Assembly: GCA_950097015.1 (NCBI GenBank) | Contig: CATNEN010000003.1 | Location: forward strand, 13,454,001-13,518,000 | Length of the DNA stretch: 64,000 nt | Source of the DNA: Macrostomum hystrix | Taxonomy: Eukaryota > Animalia > Platyhelminthes | Direction of reading: 5' to 3' | Shown here: positions 49,560 to 62,110 of the stretch, one piece after another | How positions within the stretch are numbered: position 1 is the stretch's first letter | How the letters are laid out: every line of letters starts with the position of its first letter | Notes under the pieces: generated by a model | What the model saw: the letters and a program-made list of their open reading frames with translations, nothing else | Databases searched by the model: none | Told to the model about the DNA's origin: nothing | Position numbers and translations under genes: made by a program

Positions 49560-49884
49560 CTGTTAGACAGAAGACTGTTAGACAGAAGACTGTTAGACAG
49601 AAGACTGTTAGATAGAAGACTGTTAGACAGAAGACTGTTAGATAGAAGACTGTTAGACAGAAGACTGTTAGACAGAAGACTGTTAGACAGAAGACTGTTA
49701 GACAGAAGACTGTTAGACAGACTGTTACACAGAAGACTGTTAGACAGAAGAATGTAAGACAGAAGACTGTTAGACAGACTGTTAGACAGAAGACTGTTAG
49801 ACAGAATACTGTTAGACAGAAGACTGTTAGACAGACTGTTAGACAGAAGACTGTTAGACAGAAGACTGTTAGACAGAAGACTGT
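49560..49884. repeat. 15-bp CTGTTAGACAGAAGA minisatellite
   Basis: About 21 copies. The same unit occurs inverted at 52698 and 54172. Confidence 0.96.
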
Positions 49885-50562
49885 TTTTTAACGGAGTTTT
49901 GCTGTGCTTTTTTCTCCAAGTGGTACACGTGCAGGTCGTTGCCTAATCTACCAAGTGTACATTTGGGACAGTTACTCAACCAATGAGAACGGAGATATTG
50001 GCATTTATTAGTAGAATGCCGAAATGTATCTCTTAAGCTATGGAATCCTCAGACATGGCTTTAAAAAGTCATAAAATCCTATCCATACACTCCACATATT
50101 AAGAGATGCTGTAGTCAAAATCACATGCCGGTTTCAAGTCGGCATACCAAAGAATGCCAACGCTATTAGTAACAATACACGCGGAGGCGGGGTAAAAATA
50201 AACCCTGACGCAACCTGATAAATGCAGGAGCAAAAAAGGCATATAGATAATCCTTGTTCTATTCTCCGATTTCTCGCCCAGCCTTAGCTAGAGGCGGGAT
50301 CGAGTGTGTGAGAGGGCTTTTAACTCCCACCCCCTCCGCTAATATCTTTAGCCACTCCACGAAACGGGTGGCGGGGGCGGAGGCGGCAGCGGCAGTGGCG
50401 GCAAAAGAATTTTTTTAAAAGGCCTGCACAGAAGGTAAGGGATAAAAGGTAGAGAAGATCAGCAGAATCCGGCCCATCCCATGCCGCCGCTGTCTTCCCA
50501 AATCTGCAGTTTTTTAAGCCCCCCCCACTCTAGCGAATATTTCGACCTCTTTTCTGTTATTA

Positions 50563-50592
50563 AGCAGCAGCAGTAGCAACAGTATAGTAGTT

Positions 50593-50626
<34 letters not shown>

Positions 50627-51820
50627 CACTAACATTGTAAGCAGTATGAGCACCAGTATAAGCAGCAGCAGCAGCAGCAGCAGCAGTAGCACTAACATTT
50701 TAAGCAGTATCAGCACCAGTATAAGCAGCAGCAGCAGCAGCAGCAGTAGCACTAACATTGTAAGCAGTATCAGCACCAGTATAAGCAGCAGCAGCAGCAG
50801 CAGCAGCAGTAGCACTAACATTGTAAGCAGTATCAGCACCAGTATAAGCAGAAGCAGCAGCAGTAGCACTAACATTGTAAGCAGTATCAGCACCAGTATA
50901 AGCAGAAGCAGCAGCAGTAGCACTAACATTGTAAGCAGTATCAGCACCAGTATAAGCAGAAGCAGCAGCAGTAGCACTAACATTGTAAGCAGTATCAGCA
51001 CCAGTATAAGCAGAAGCAGCAGCAGTAGCACTAACATTGTAAGCAGTATCAGCACCAGTATAAGCAGAAGCAGCAGCAGTAGCACTAACATTGTAAGCAG
51101 TATCAGCACCAGTATAAGCAGAAGCAGCAGCAGTAGCACTAACATTGTAAGCAGTATCAGCACCAGTATAAGCAGAAGCAGCAGCAGTAGCACTAACATT
51201 GTAAGCAGTATCAGCACCAGTATAAGCAGAAGCAGCAGCAGTAGCACTAACACTGTAAGCAGTATGAGCACCAGTAAAAGCAGAAGCAGCAGCAGCAGCA
51301 CTAACACTGTAAGCAGCATGAGCACCAGTAAAAGCAGCAGGAGCGGCAGAAGCAGCAGCAGTAGCACTAACATTTTAAGCAGTATAAGCACCAGTATAAG
51401 CAGCAGCAGCAGCAGCAGCAGCAGTAGCACTAACATTTTAAGCAGTATAAGCACCAGTATAAGCAGCAGCAGCAGCAGTAGCAGCAGCACTAACACTGTA
51501 AGCAGCATGAGCACCAGTAAAAGCAGCAGGAGCGGCAGAAGCAGCAGCAGTAGCACTAACACTGTAAGCAGCATGAGCACCAGTAAAAGCAGCAGGAGCG
51601 GCAGAAGCAGCAGCAGTAGCACTAACACTGTAAGCAGTATCAGCACCAGTATAAGCAGCAGCAGCAGCAATAGCACTAACACTGTAAGCAGTATGAGCAC
51701 CAGTAAAAGCAGTAGCAGCGGCAGCAACACCAGCGACAGCAGACAGTTATATACCGACTGTTACAGACAGTTAAGCAGAAGAAGCATCAGCAACAGCAAC
51801 AGCTGTAGTAGAAGCAGCAG
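50563..51820. repeat. CAG-derived composite repeat with a ~54-bp unit
   Basis: AGCACTAACATTGTAAGCAGTATCAGCACCAGTATAAGCAGAAGCAGCAGCAGT with a variable (CAG)n. Confidence 0.95.
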
Positions 51821-52697
51821 ACCCTATCAAAGAGATTTTATTTAGGGAGCCGGAAAATTTGTGATCTCAACCGAATTTCATGCTGGCACGAATGCTCCAG
51901 GCGCCACAACCCTTTTGAACTGCTCACGCAAAGTCGAAAACTTTCACGAGCATAGAAAAAAGTGGAATGAAAGGATGGTTAAAATTATATTCTAAAAAAG
52001 TTGTTCGGTTGGACGTCATCATATAAAATGTACCTGCAGTCGCCGCCAGCCTTTTATGCGATAGAGATCAAAGTTTAACCGGAGCACGCGAAATCGATGT
52101 CAGAGAAATCGTCTATATACATATATAAGCCCCATACATTATAGCAGGATCTAAGCAGGTGACTGAGTTATTAGATTGAAGGCACAGATGCTAAATCACT
52201 CACTCTGGGTGGTCCAAAAGCTTCACAATGCTTCGCTGCCTTCTCTCTTTAAAACTTTCTCTCAGCGCGGCAGCATCTTCTTTGACCGCGGCCCGGACCA
52301 TGCGGACAGCTCCGATTGCATCACATCACAGTCGGCCTTCTTTTCCTTGGCCTTTGTTTATCCCAGCATGCGGAGTCAGTCAAAATCCCACGTGGGCAGA
52401 AAAAGTAGCCGATGTAAACGGATAGCTTTATGCATCGAAATGCGTTGTCTTTTGGATATGGCCAGATTAACGCTTCGCTTAAATCCACGATGCAATCTAT
52501 AATAGCAGCTTGTAAAACATCAGAGATTAGATTTACAATTTGTCAACTTCCGTGCGATAAACGATTCCATTCCATGGGGCTGGAGTTTATCGACCCCCCT
52601 GCACCCGCCCCTATAGCTAGTTTTCGTCAGTCCATTTAATTAACCGGCCTCTGTAACTTCCGTCACAGTGAGGAAATTTAGGACTTAATTAATGCTA

Positions 52698-53058
52698 ACA
52701 AAGCAAAAGTCTAACAGTGGCCTGTCTAACAGTCTTCTGTCTAACAGTCTTCAGTCTAACAGTCTTCAGTCTAACAGTCTGTCTAACAGACTAACAAAGC
52801 AAAAGTCTAACAGTGGCCTGTCTAACAGTCTGTCTAACAGACTAACAAAGCAAAAGTCTAACAGTGGCCTGTCTAACGGTCTGTCTAACAGACTAACAAA
52901 GCAAAAGTCTAACAGTGGCCTGTCTAACAGTCTGTCTAACAGACTAACAAAGCAAAAGTCTAACAGTCTTCTGTCTAACAGTCTTCTGTCTAACAGTCTT
53001 CTGTCTAACAGTCTTCTGTCTAACAGTCTTCTGTCTAACAGCCTTGTGTCTAACAGTG
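52698..53058. repeat. TCTAACAG-core composite minisatellite
   Basis: 15-bp TCTAACAGTCTTCTG mixed with a longer unit containing CTAACAAAGCAAAAG. Confidence 0.93.
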
Positions 53059-54171
53059 TTTCCACCAATCTTTCTGAAAATCAAAGCTACCAAGGATTTG
53101 GTAGAATTGACAACTGATTGTCACAAAAATCAATTGGATGACAAAGCTGACAAGATTTCGAATCAAACAAGTCTAATCATAACAAATATTTTATCAATGG
53201 ACACTGTTTCATCCAGCAGAAAGATAAAAATATCTTCAGTTTATTTTTCTTTGAATCAGTAGAAATCATTGGATTCTAGCATCTGATGTCAAAGCCTTGA
53301 AAGACGCAGTAAATGGAATTTTTATTTAAAAAATGCTTGCAATTTTCGAAAGGCATTTGTCTAACAAATTTGACCCTAAATATTGTGTCAAAGCGGTCAT
53401 GTATCTTGTTTCAATTTTCATTTTCTTTTTATCGTTGATCATTTGGTCATCCATTTTGGTCATAACCCCGTTTCATTCATCAATTGTACATTTGCATTCC
53501 CCGTATATTGCGGAAGCTGATTATAACAAAACCTAGTAAATCTATATAGCTGTTTGCACTTATTTTCTATACTAAACATGCCAATATATAATACTTCTTC
53601 AGTTTTGACTGACAACACCGAACTGTAACCCCCAGTTAATAATCCCTCAATAATCCGTGCTAACATAAGTGCCAATAGGTTAATCATTTTCACTCCTTCG
53701 AACTGGCGGTCTGACTTGCTGTTTCAGCAAACAAACTTCCAAGCTTTTTCTGGCCTATAATACAGTTTCTCGAATCGTACCTATTTAGCCTATATTTGGT
53801 GGGGCTAAAGGTGTATTTGCCCTGACAACTGGTGCATCAATATCTCCATTTTGCGCATATCGTATGTTATATTATATATGCGAGTCGCATATAGAACCCT
53901 TTAGCCCGAAATCACCTAACACAATCGGTGCTGCATGAGTTTTAGTTTAACGCGCGAGCAGACAAATATTGAATTATAATAATGCAAATGCAAATATACC
54001 TCGTACCTCGTATAGTATAGACACGACTTGGTTTTCGATCAACCATTATTTGCAATGTTGTGCTTGTGTCGCCAGGGTTGATGCGAAGTTTAAACAGTAC
54101 CTCTGACCCTATAGAATTGAGAAAGTATGATATGTGGAGATTGTCTGGAGTGAGTGCGACTGACATCTTTT

Positions 54172-54450
54172 TCTAACACTTGTCTAACACTTGTCTAACA
54201 GTCTTCTGTCTAACAGTCTTCTGTCTAACAGTCTTCTGTCTAACAGTCTTCTGTCTAACAGTCTTCTGTCTAACAGTCTTCTGTCTAACAGTCAGTCTAA
54301 CAGTCTTCTGTCTAACAGTCTTCTGTCTAACAGTCTGTCTAACAGTCTTCTGTCTAACAGTCTTCTGTCTAACAGTCTTCTGTCTAACAGTCTTCAGTCT
54401 AACAGTCTTCTGTCTAACAGTCTTCAGTCTAACAGTCTGTCGAACAGTTT
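54172..54450. repeat. 15-bp TCTAACAGTCTTCTG minisatellite
   Basis: Direct inspection. Confidence 0.95.
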
Positions 54451-54511
54451 TCTGAAGAAAAATCTCACAGTGCACTAACAGGCCACTGTCTAACAGGCCG
54501 GTGTCTACCTG

Positions 54512-54586
<75 letters not shown>
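54512..54586. repeat. (TATC)n microsatellite
   Basis: About 18 perfect units. Confidence 0.97.
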
Positions 54587-54587
<1 letters not shown>

Positions 54588-55832
54588 AAATGTGAACCAT
54601 ACGGGACACTCTTAGATTTTCGTTGGCACCTGCCGATATTTTGACGCCTCTACTAATGTGATAATTGCCCTGTTTGTGGCCATCAATAGAGAGGCAAATT
54701 AATTCCAATTGATAGCAATTATGCATACTGAGAAATGCTGGAACCACTTAACCTTTGCTCAGCATGATAATTGCTTTGATGGGAAAAATGACACACAAAG
54801 CCACAATTGATTTCCATACGTGTGTGCATTGAATACATACGGCCATACACTTGTATAGATATTGAAAATAAGTAATATTGTTGTTCTGCTCCCCACTGTG
54901 AGCGACTCAGCGAGTCAAGACTCGAACCTTCAGTTTAAATTCCTCCAAATAAAATTGGATCATTTTATCGCATCCTTTCAATTTGAGCACATTTTACTGC
55001 ACACACCACCCGTGTAGGCATATAATTTTCTCCCATTTGTAACATCTCGTAAAGCGTTGCATGGGTCTGAGTCTTTGTTAAGCGTTTGACTTTATTATAA
55101 ACATACTTAAAATAACAGATGACGATGAAGAGTTGATAAAACAAGGATCACACATAAGCTGATGGACCTAAATAGATTAATACTCAAGATAAAAGGAGAC
55201 TGGTCCATTTTTTACACCTGGTCAATAGTTAAGCTACAGATTGTCATGCAGGATTACTCTTCGGACTAAATATACGAGATGAAGTCTTTGTTTTTTAAAG
55301 CTGCTATATGAGTCTTTAAATACCGTTTTTCAATTATTTAAATAGAAGAAACTAAAAACTTGTTAAAAGTTTAGTTTAGCTTGTTTAATTAGAGAATTAT
55401 CTTTTAGTCTAGGCCTGAGACATAACAATTTAATCTTTTGTGAACACCGTTGTGTGTGTATGTGTCTGTGTCTGTATGGGATAGACATATAAGACAAAGA
55501 CTATTGAAAAAAGCAAATATTATATACCGTCGGCATTGCGCCGATAAAAAAATAACAAAATATATCAACAGAATATTATGTCTATGGCGGAGTCCTATAC
55601 TCTGCAAAAACAAAGACCCGAGCTGTTCTGTGTACACATGAGCTCGTGAATTCAACAGAAAAATCACGATGTTCAAATATCAAATGTTGAATTAAAATAT
55701 CTAACAGTAGCATATCATTTCAAGGCCTTGTCTGCAGGTGAAAATTAAGCTTAAATATAGAGTTTATTAGTCACTGAGACTTTGGCAAACAAAATTTTGC
55801 TAATTCTGGAGGTAAAAAACGAGCTTGTGATA

Positions 55833-57240
55833 TTTGTGAACGGTGAAGTTTAGTGAGGTTGTGAACGGTGAAGTTTAGTGAGGTTGTGAACGGTGAAGTT
55901 TAGTGAGGTTGTGAACGGTGAAGTTTAGTGAGGTTGTGAACGGTGAAGTTTAGTGAGGTTGTGAACGGTGAAGTTTAGTGAGGTTGTGAACGGTGAAGTT
56001 TAGTGAGGTTGTGAACGGTGAAGTTTAGGGAAGTTTAGGGTTATATTGTAAACAGTGAAGTTAAGGGAGGTTGTGAACGGTGAAGTTAAGGGAGGTTGTG
56101 AACGGTGAAGTTTAGAGAAATTGTGAACGGTGAAGTTTAGAGAAATTGTGAAAAGTGAGGTTTAGGGATATTGTGAACGGTGAATTTTAGGGAGATTGTG
56201 AACGGTGAAGTTTAGGGAGGTTGTGAACGGTGAAGTTTAGGGATATTGTGAACGGTAAAGTTTAGGGATATTGTGAACGGTGAAGTTTAGGGATATTGTG
56301 AACGGTGAAGTTTAGGGAGATTGTGAACGGTGAAGTTTAGGGATATTGTGAACGGTGAAGTTTAGGAAGGTTGTGAACGGTGAAGTTTAGGGACATTGTG
56401 AACGGTGAAGTTTAGGGATATTGTGAACGGTGAAGTTTAGGGATATTGTGAACGGTGAAGTTTAGGGATATTGTGAACGGTGAAGTTTAGGGAGGTTGTG
56501 AACGGTGAAGTTTAGGGATATTGTGAACGGTGAAGTTTAGGGATATTGTGAAAGGTGAAGTTTAGGGATATTGTGAACGGTGAAGTTTAGGGAGATTGTG
56601 AACGGTGAAGTTTAGGGAGGTTGTGAACGGTGAAGTTTAGGGATATTGTGAACGGTGAAGTTTAGGGATATTGTGAACGGTGAAGTTTAGGGATATTGTG
56701 AACGGTGAAGTTTAGTGAGGTTGTGAACGGTGAAGTTTAGGGACATTGTGAAAAGTGAGGTTTAGGGATATTGTGAACAGTGAATTTTAGGGAGATTGTG
56801 AACGGTGAAGTTTAGGGTTATATTGTAAACAGTGAAGTTAAGGGAGGTTGTGAACGGTGAAGTTAAGGGAGGTTGTGAACGGTGAAGTTTAGAGAAATTG
56901 TGAACGGTGAAGTTTAGAGAAAGTGTGAACGGTGAAGTTAAGGGACATTGTGAACGGTGAAGTTTATAGGAGATTGTGAACGGTGAAGTTTAGGGATATT
57001 GTGAACGGTGAAGTTTAGGGATATTGTGAACAGTGAAGTTTAGGGAGATTGTGAACGGTGAAGTTTAGGGATATTGTGAACGGTGAAGTTTAGGGATATT
57101 GTGAACGGTGAAGTTTAGGGAGGTTGTGAACGGTGAAGTTTAGAGAAATTGTGAACGGTGAAGTTTAGAGAGATTGTGAACGGTGAAGTTTAGGGAGATT
57201 ATTAGTGGTGAAGTTTAAGGAGGTTGTGAACAGTGAAGTC
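55833..57240. repeat. 25-bp satellite TTGTGAACGGTGAAGTTTAGGGATA
   Basis: About 55 copies; many units contain TTAGGG. Confidence 0.97.
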
Positions 57241-57339
57241 AGCAATATCCATTCAGCAATAAGCAAATTTTTGCTAGAAAATATGAGGCCTAAAATAGGA
57301 AAAAAGCAGAAAGATCAAAAGCGTCTTTCTCCATTAGCG

Positions 57340-57700
57340 AATTCTCCGCCGCCAAGGGCTGAAGGAAGAGGCGGAGGAGGGGAGGCGGGTAGCAGCTTTG
57401 CCATTGGCTGTCAAGCCCAGCCAACGGAACTGCCCGCCGCCGTTGCAAAATTCTTTCTGGGCCAATGCGAAAGCAGGCAATGGGATGTTGCTACTGCTGA
57501 TCCTCAGACCATTCGTTGTTTGGGAAGAGAGTGAAAACAGAAAGGGGTTGACCCTGCCAATTCTGTCTCTTCTCCCGCTATTAGGGAAGGCGGAAATCCC
57601 ATAAACGGGGCGAAATTGGCAGAACTTTGGAACACCAAAAAAACAGCAGCTTACTTATTACTTGCAAACTGAAGATAGAAATTGAATCCAAGCAGACATC
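57340..57700 (+). promoter_or_regulatory. putative Islet proximal promoter
   Basis: GC-rich island with GC-box-like GGGGAGGCGGG (~57378) and CCAAT boxes in both orientations (~57404 ATTGG, ~57463 CCAAT), just upstream of exon 1. Confidence 0.4.
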
Positions 57701-57773
57701 TTGACAACGAATCTGCGTCAAGAAGGAGACATTATAAAGTCATTCTATTTCTAGCGGACTTCAAATTTGCGCA

Positions 57774-57795
57774 ATGACAATCGGAGCGCTGGAAG
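57774..57795 (+). CDS. isl: Islet LIM-homeobox, probable short first coding exon (MTIGALE)
   Basis: ATG...GAAG|GTGAGA phase-1 donor joins in frame to acceptor ccAG|CA at 59640. Confidence 0.6.
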
Positions 57796-57879
57796 GTGAG
57801 AAAATTGCTTCTGAATTTGACAGCTTTGCTCTTGACTCTATTTGCTAGATTTTTTAGTATCCGACCCACTTCACATCTT

Positions 57880-58610
57880 CACATCTATCTAGATTACTAT
57901 CTACTTCTCAATCATCTATCTGCCTCACTATCTACTTCTCAATCCATCTATCTAGATTACTATCTACTTCTCAATAACCCATCTACCTCACTATCTACTA
58001 CCCAATCCACCTATCTACCTCACAATCTACTTCTCAATCCATCTATCTACATTACTATCTACTTCTCAATAACCCATCTACCTCACTATCTACTACCCAA
58101 TCCACCTATCTACCTCACAATCTACTTCTCAATCCATCTATCTAGATTACTATCTACTTCTCAATTATCTATCTACCTTATTATCTACTTCTCAATCCAT
58201 CTATCTAGATTACTATCTACTACCCAATCCATCTATCTACCTCACTATCTACTACCCAATCCACCTATCTACCTCACAATCTACTTCTCAATCCATCTAC
58301 CTCATTATTTACAACTCAATCCATCTATCTATCTACAATATTTCTACTTCTCAATCCATCTATCTAGATTACTATCTACTTCTCAATCATCTATCTAACT
58401 CACTATCTACTTCTCAATCCATCTATCTAGATTACTATTTACTTCTCAATAACCCATCTACCTCACTATCTACTACCCAATCCACCTATCTACCTCACAA
58501 TCTACTTCTCAATCCATCTACCTCATTATTTACAACTCAATCCATCTATCTATCTACAATATTTTCTACTTCTCAATTCATCTGTCTACCTTACTAGCTA
58601 CTCCTCAATC
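57880..58610. repeat. ~32-bp TATC-derived intronic minisatellite
   Basis: TCTATCTAGATTACTATCTACTTCTCAATCCA and variants. Confidence 0.9.
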
Positions 58611-59039
58611 CACTCCTCCTACTGACTAGTGTATTATCTATAGTCAGGGCAATGGCAGACATTAATGCAATCCAAACTAAGGCTAATTACTGGGCTCCAT
58701 GCTGCATGAACTCAAGCGTCACGAAATTCATTCGGACGATATCGCATATTCGCGAGTTTACTATTTGAGCACGAAACCCTACCGCCTAGCATGTATTGCA
58801 GATGCAGGGGGTATAACATTCTTTTATTTCCGGATTTAGAGGTAGAAATATCCCAAAATCGGGATTTAGTTATGAATTCGATATTATTAGATGACTGTAT
58901 GATCGCGTGCTGTCCAAAACACGATACGGTAAATTTATATTACACTCATTGCGGCTATACGCATTTGTAATACAAATAATTTACTCAGTAAATGTTGTTT
59001 ACAACTCATTACTGATTATCATTGACCTCGATCTGTACC

Positions 59040-59597
59040 CTCACTGTCGCACTGTCTACTCTCTCGCTGTCTCACTGTCTACTCTCTCGCTGGCTCACTG
59101 TCTACTGTCTCGCTGTCTCACTGTCTACTCTCTCGCTGTCTCACTGTCTACTCTCCCAATGTCTCACTGTCTACTCTCCCACTGTCTCACTGTCTACCCT
59201 CTCGCTATCTCACTGTCTACTCTCTCACTGTCTCACTGTCTACTCTCTCGCTGTCTCACTGTCTACTCTCTCGCTGTCTCACTGTCTACTCTCCCAATGT
59301 CTCACTGTCTACTCTCCCACTGTCTCACTGTCTACCCTCTCGCTATCTCACTGTCTACTCTCTCACTGTCTCACTGTCTACTCTCTCGCTGTCTCACTGT
59401 CTACTCTCCCAATGTCTCACTGTCTACTCTCCCACTGTCTCACTGTCTACCCTCTCGCTATCTCACTGTCTACTCTCTCACTGTCTCACTGTCTACTCTC
59501 TCGCTGTCTCACTGTCTACTCTCCCAATGTCTCACTGTCTACTCTCCCAATGTCTCACTGTCTACTCTCCCACTGTCTCACTGTCTACTCTCTCGCT
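59040..59597. repeat. 23-bp TGTCTCACTGTCTACTCTCTCGC intronic minisatellite
   Basis: About 24 copies with a 138-bp higher-order unit; ends about 42 nt before the acceptor. Confidence 0.95.
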
Positions 59598-59639
59598 AAT
59601 ATCTTGCTAACTCTACACTCGTTTAAACAAAAACTCCAG

Positions 59640-59724
59640 CAAGCATGAGGACAGTATGCCAAGCGCAGCAGCAGCAGCAGCAGCCACCGAATCTAAGTTT
59701 GCCTGTGCCTCTGCCGCCATCGCT

Positions 59725-59763
<39 letters not shown>

Positions 59764-60060
59764 GCCTCTACCGTTGCCGAATATGCCGACGCTACCGCCG
59801 CCGCCGCCACCGCCGCCGTCGTTGCATTACTTGGCGGATTATCGCGAACATTCGACACCCAGTCGATTAGGCTCAACAATCACGTCACTGTGCGCCGGCT
59901 GCGGCGGTGTCATCACCGACCCCTACATCCTCCGAGTGCAGCCCGACCTGGAATGGCACGCCAGGTGTTTGAAGTGCGCCGAGTGCTGCGTTGAACTGTA
60001 CGAATCTAGAACCTGCTATGTGCGCGACGGCAAGACCTACTGCAAGGCTGACTATTGCAG
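59640..60060 (+). CDS. isl: Islet LIM-homeobox, exon with polyQ/polyP and LIM1
   Basis: [32 protein letters not shown]...[17 protein letters not shown] closely matches ISL1 LIM1. Donor AG|GTGAGT, phase 2. Confidence 0.95.
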
Positions 60061-60082
60061 GTGAGTTCCGCCGCGAAAAACT

Positions 60083-60502
60083 AGACTGTGAGAAGTAGAT
60101 TGTGAGATGTGAGAGAAGTGTGAGAAGTAGAGTGTGAGATTGTCCAATAGACTGTGAAAAGTAGAGTGTAAGATTGTCCAGTAGACAGTTTTTTTAGTTT
60201 TTTTCTTTCCTTTGACAAAACAGATTGACTGTGAGAAGTAGAGTGTGAGATGTGCGAGAAGTGTGAGAAGTAGAGTGTGAGATTGTCCAATAGACTGTGA
60301 GAAGTAGAGTGTGATATTGTCCAGTAGAGGAGATGAGAAGTAGAGTGTAAGATTTTTCAGTAGACTGTGAGAAGTAGAGTGTGAGATTGTCCAGTAGACT
60401 GTGAGAAGTAGAGTGTAAGATTTTTCAGTAGACTGTGAGAAGTAGAGTGTGAGATTGTTCAGTAGACTGTAAGACAGTCTAGTAGAGTAGATGAGAAGTA
60501 GA
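60083..60502. repeat. ~34-bp GACTGTGAGAAGTAGAGTGTGAGATTGTCCAGTA intronic minisatellite
   Basis: Starts about 22 nt after the donor. Confidence 0.9.
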
Positions 60503-61490
60503 CTGATATTTTCCCTTAGTGCGGGCGAGAAGTGTAGTTTGTGAGTTTCTGTTGAATACACATTTTAGAAGCATCTACTAATTTGCGGAGCTCTTTAATT
60601 TTCCTAATTTTTCATGCTTCATCAATTAAGTTTTCCATATAGTTTTTAATATCGGCGCGTGGTGTTTTCGTATCAAATTTTCTTTGACTCTATATGAACA
60701 TTAATTCCTGTTGACAAGCAGCTATAATGCACAACTTTCGCTTTGAAGATTTCAAACTATAGTTTTTTTTCTTTCCTTTGACAAAACAGATTGATTGACA
60801 GGTGTGTTACTGTGTCTCTTCTTTATCTAGGTTTAAAGAGAGGCTGCAGGAACACTTGTCCAACCATCTATAGGACTTTTTCTTTTTCTGCAATGTGTTT
60901 TTTTCTGGTCTATCTTTTAAGAATCGGCCAATTTTTATGCTTAATTAGTCTAATTAGTAGACAAAAACAGGATTGAGACCACACACACACAGATAAAGAT
61001 AGCAGGCGCAGGTCATGAGAACATCACCGATTGACAAGTGGGCGGAGATTCTGCCAAAACTGAATATACAGAGCAGCTGCAGCTGCGTGACCTATAAGAA
61101 TTGATCCACTTTAGTCTTTTATATTCAGTTTTCGGCTAATTTCCACGTGATGGTCTTCTAGCTGCTATACTGGCAACAGGCAGCAGTGGTTTGAGAACAC
61201 ACACTTAGACTACCCGCTGTGTGCTCCAGAAGTCTCTTATATTCTACTCAAGCTGGCAATGAATTCTGCTTTAATTCAACTAATAGTAAATAGAAGACAG
61301 ATCTGTGTTACATCTGATGCGCTCAGTGGTGGGTCCACCCCGAAGGCCAAATGATGATGATTATGATCATGTGCTCATTTTTTAAATCGAAGCATGCCAG
61401 ACTTATGCATACCTAGCAGGCTAAAAAGAGAATCTTAGAGACGACAGTCGGTCGGATTCATAGACTTAAGACTCGTGAGAGAAAACACGC

Positions 61491-62110
61491 GGAGAGATGA
61501 GATAAGGGAGAGATGAGATAAGGGAGAGATTAGATAAGGGAGAGATTAGATAAGGGAGAGATGAGATAAAGGAGAGATTAGATAAGGGAGAGATTAGATA
61601 AGGGAGAGATTAGATAAGGGAGAGATTAGATAAGGGAGAGATTAGATAAGGGAGAGATGAGATAAGGGAGAGATTAGATAAGGGAGAGATTAGATAAGGG
61701 AGAGATTAGATAAGGGAGAGATTAGATAAGGGAGAGATTAGATAAGGGAGAGATTAGATAAGGGAGAGATTAGATAAGGGAGAGATTAGATAAGGGAGAG
61801 ATTAGATAAGGGAGAGATTAGATAAGGGAGAGATTAGATAAGGGAGAGATTAGATAAGGGAGAGATTAGATAAGGGAGAGATTAGATAAGGGAGAGATTA
61901 GATAAGGGAGAGATTAGATAAGGGAGAGATTAGATAAGGGAGAGATTAGATAAGGGAGAGATTAGATAAGGGAGAGATTAGATAAGGGAGAGATTAGATA
62001 AGGGAGAGATTAGATAAGGGAGAGATTAGATAAGGGAGAGATTAGACACCGGAGAGATGAGAAACGGGAGAGATAAGACATGGGAGAGATGAGACACTGG
62101 AGACACGGGA
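61491..62110. repeat. 16-bp GAGATTAGATAAGGGA satellite
   Basis: About 34 homogeneous copies, grading at both ends into GAGATGAGACAC(G)GGA, the inverted 16-bp family. Confidence 0.96.

Noticed and set aside
50591-51845. Poly-Leu membrane protein or poly-Ser mucin ORFs
   Set aside because: Both arise from a CAG-derived repeat and have no unique coding flanks.
59613-59994. Poly-Ala ORFs overlapping the Islet exon
   Set aside because: They are alternative-frame or antisense readings of the CAG/CCG tracts in the true Islet frame.
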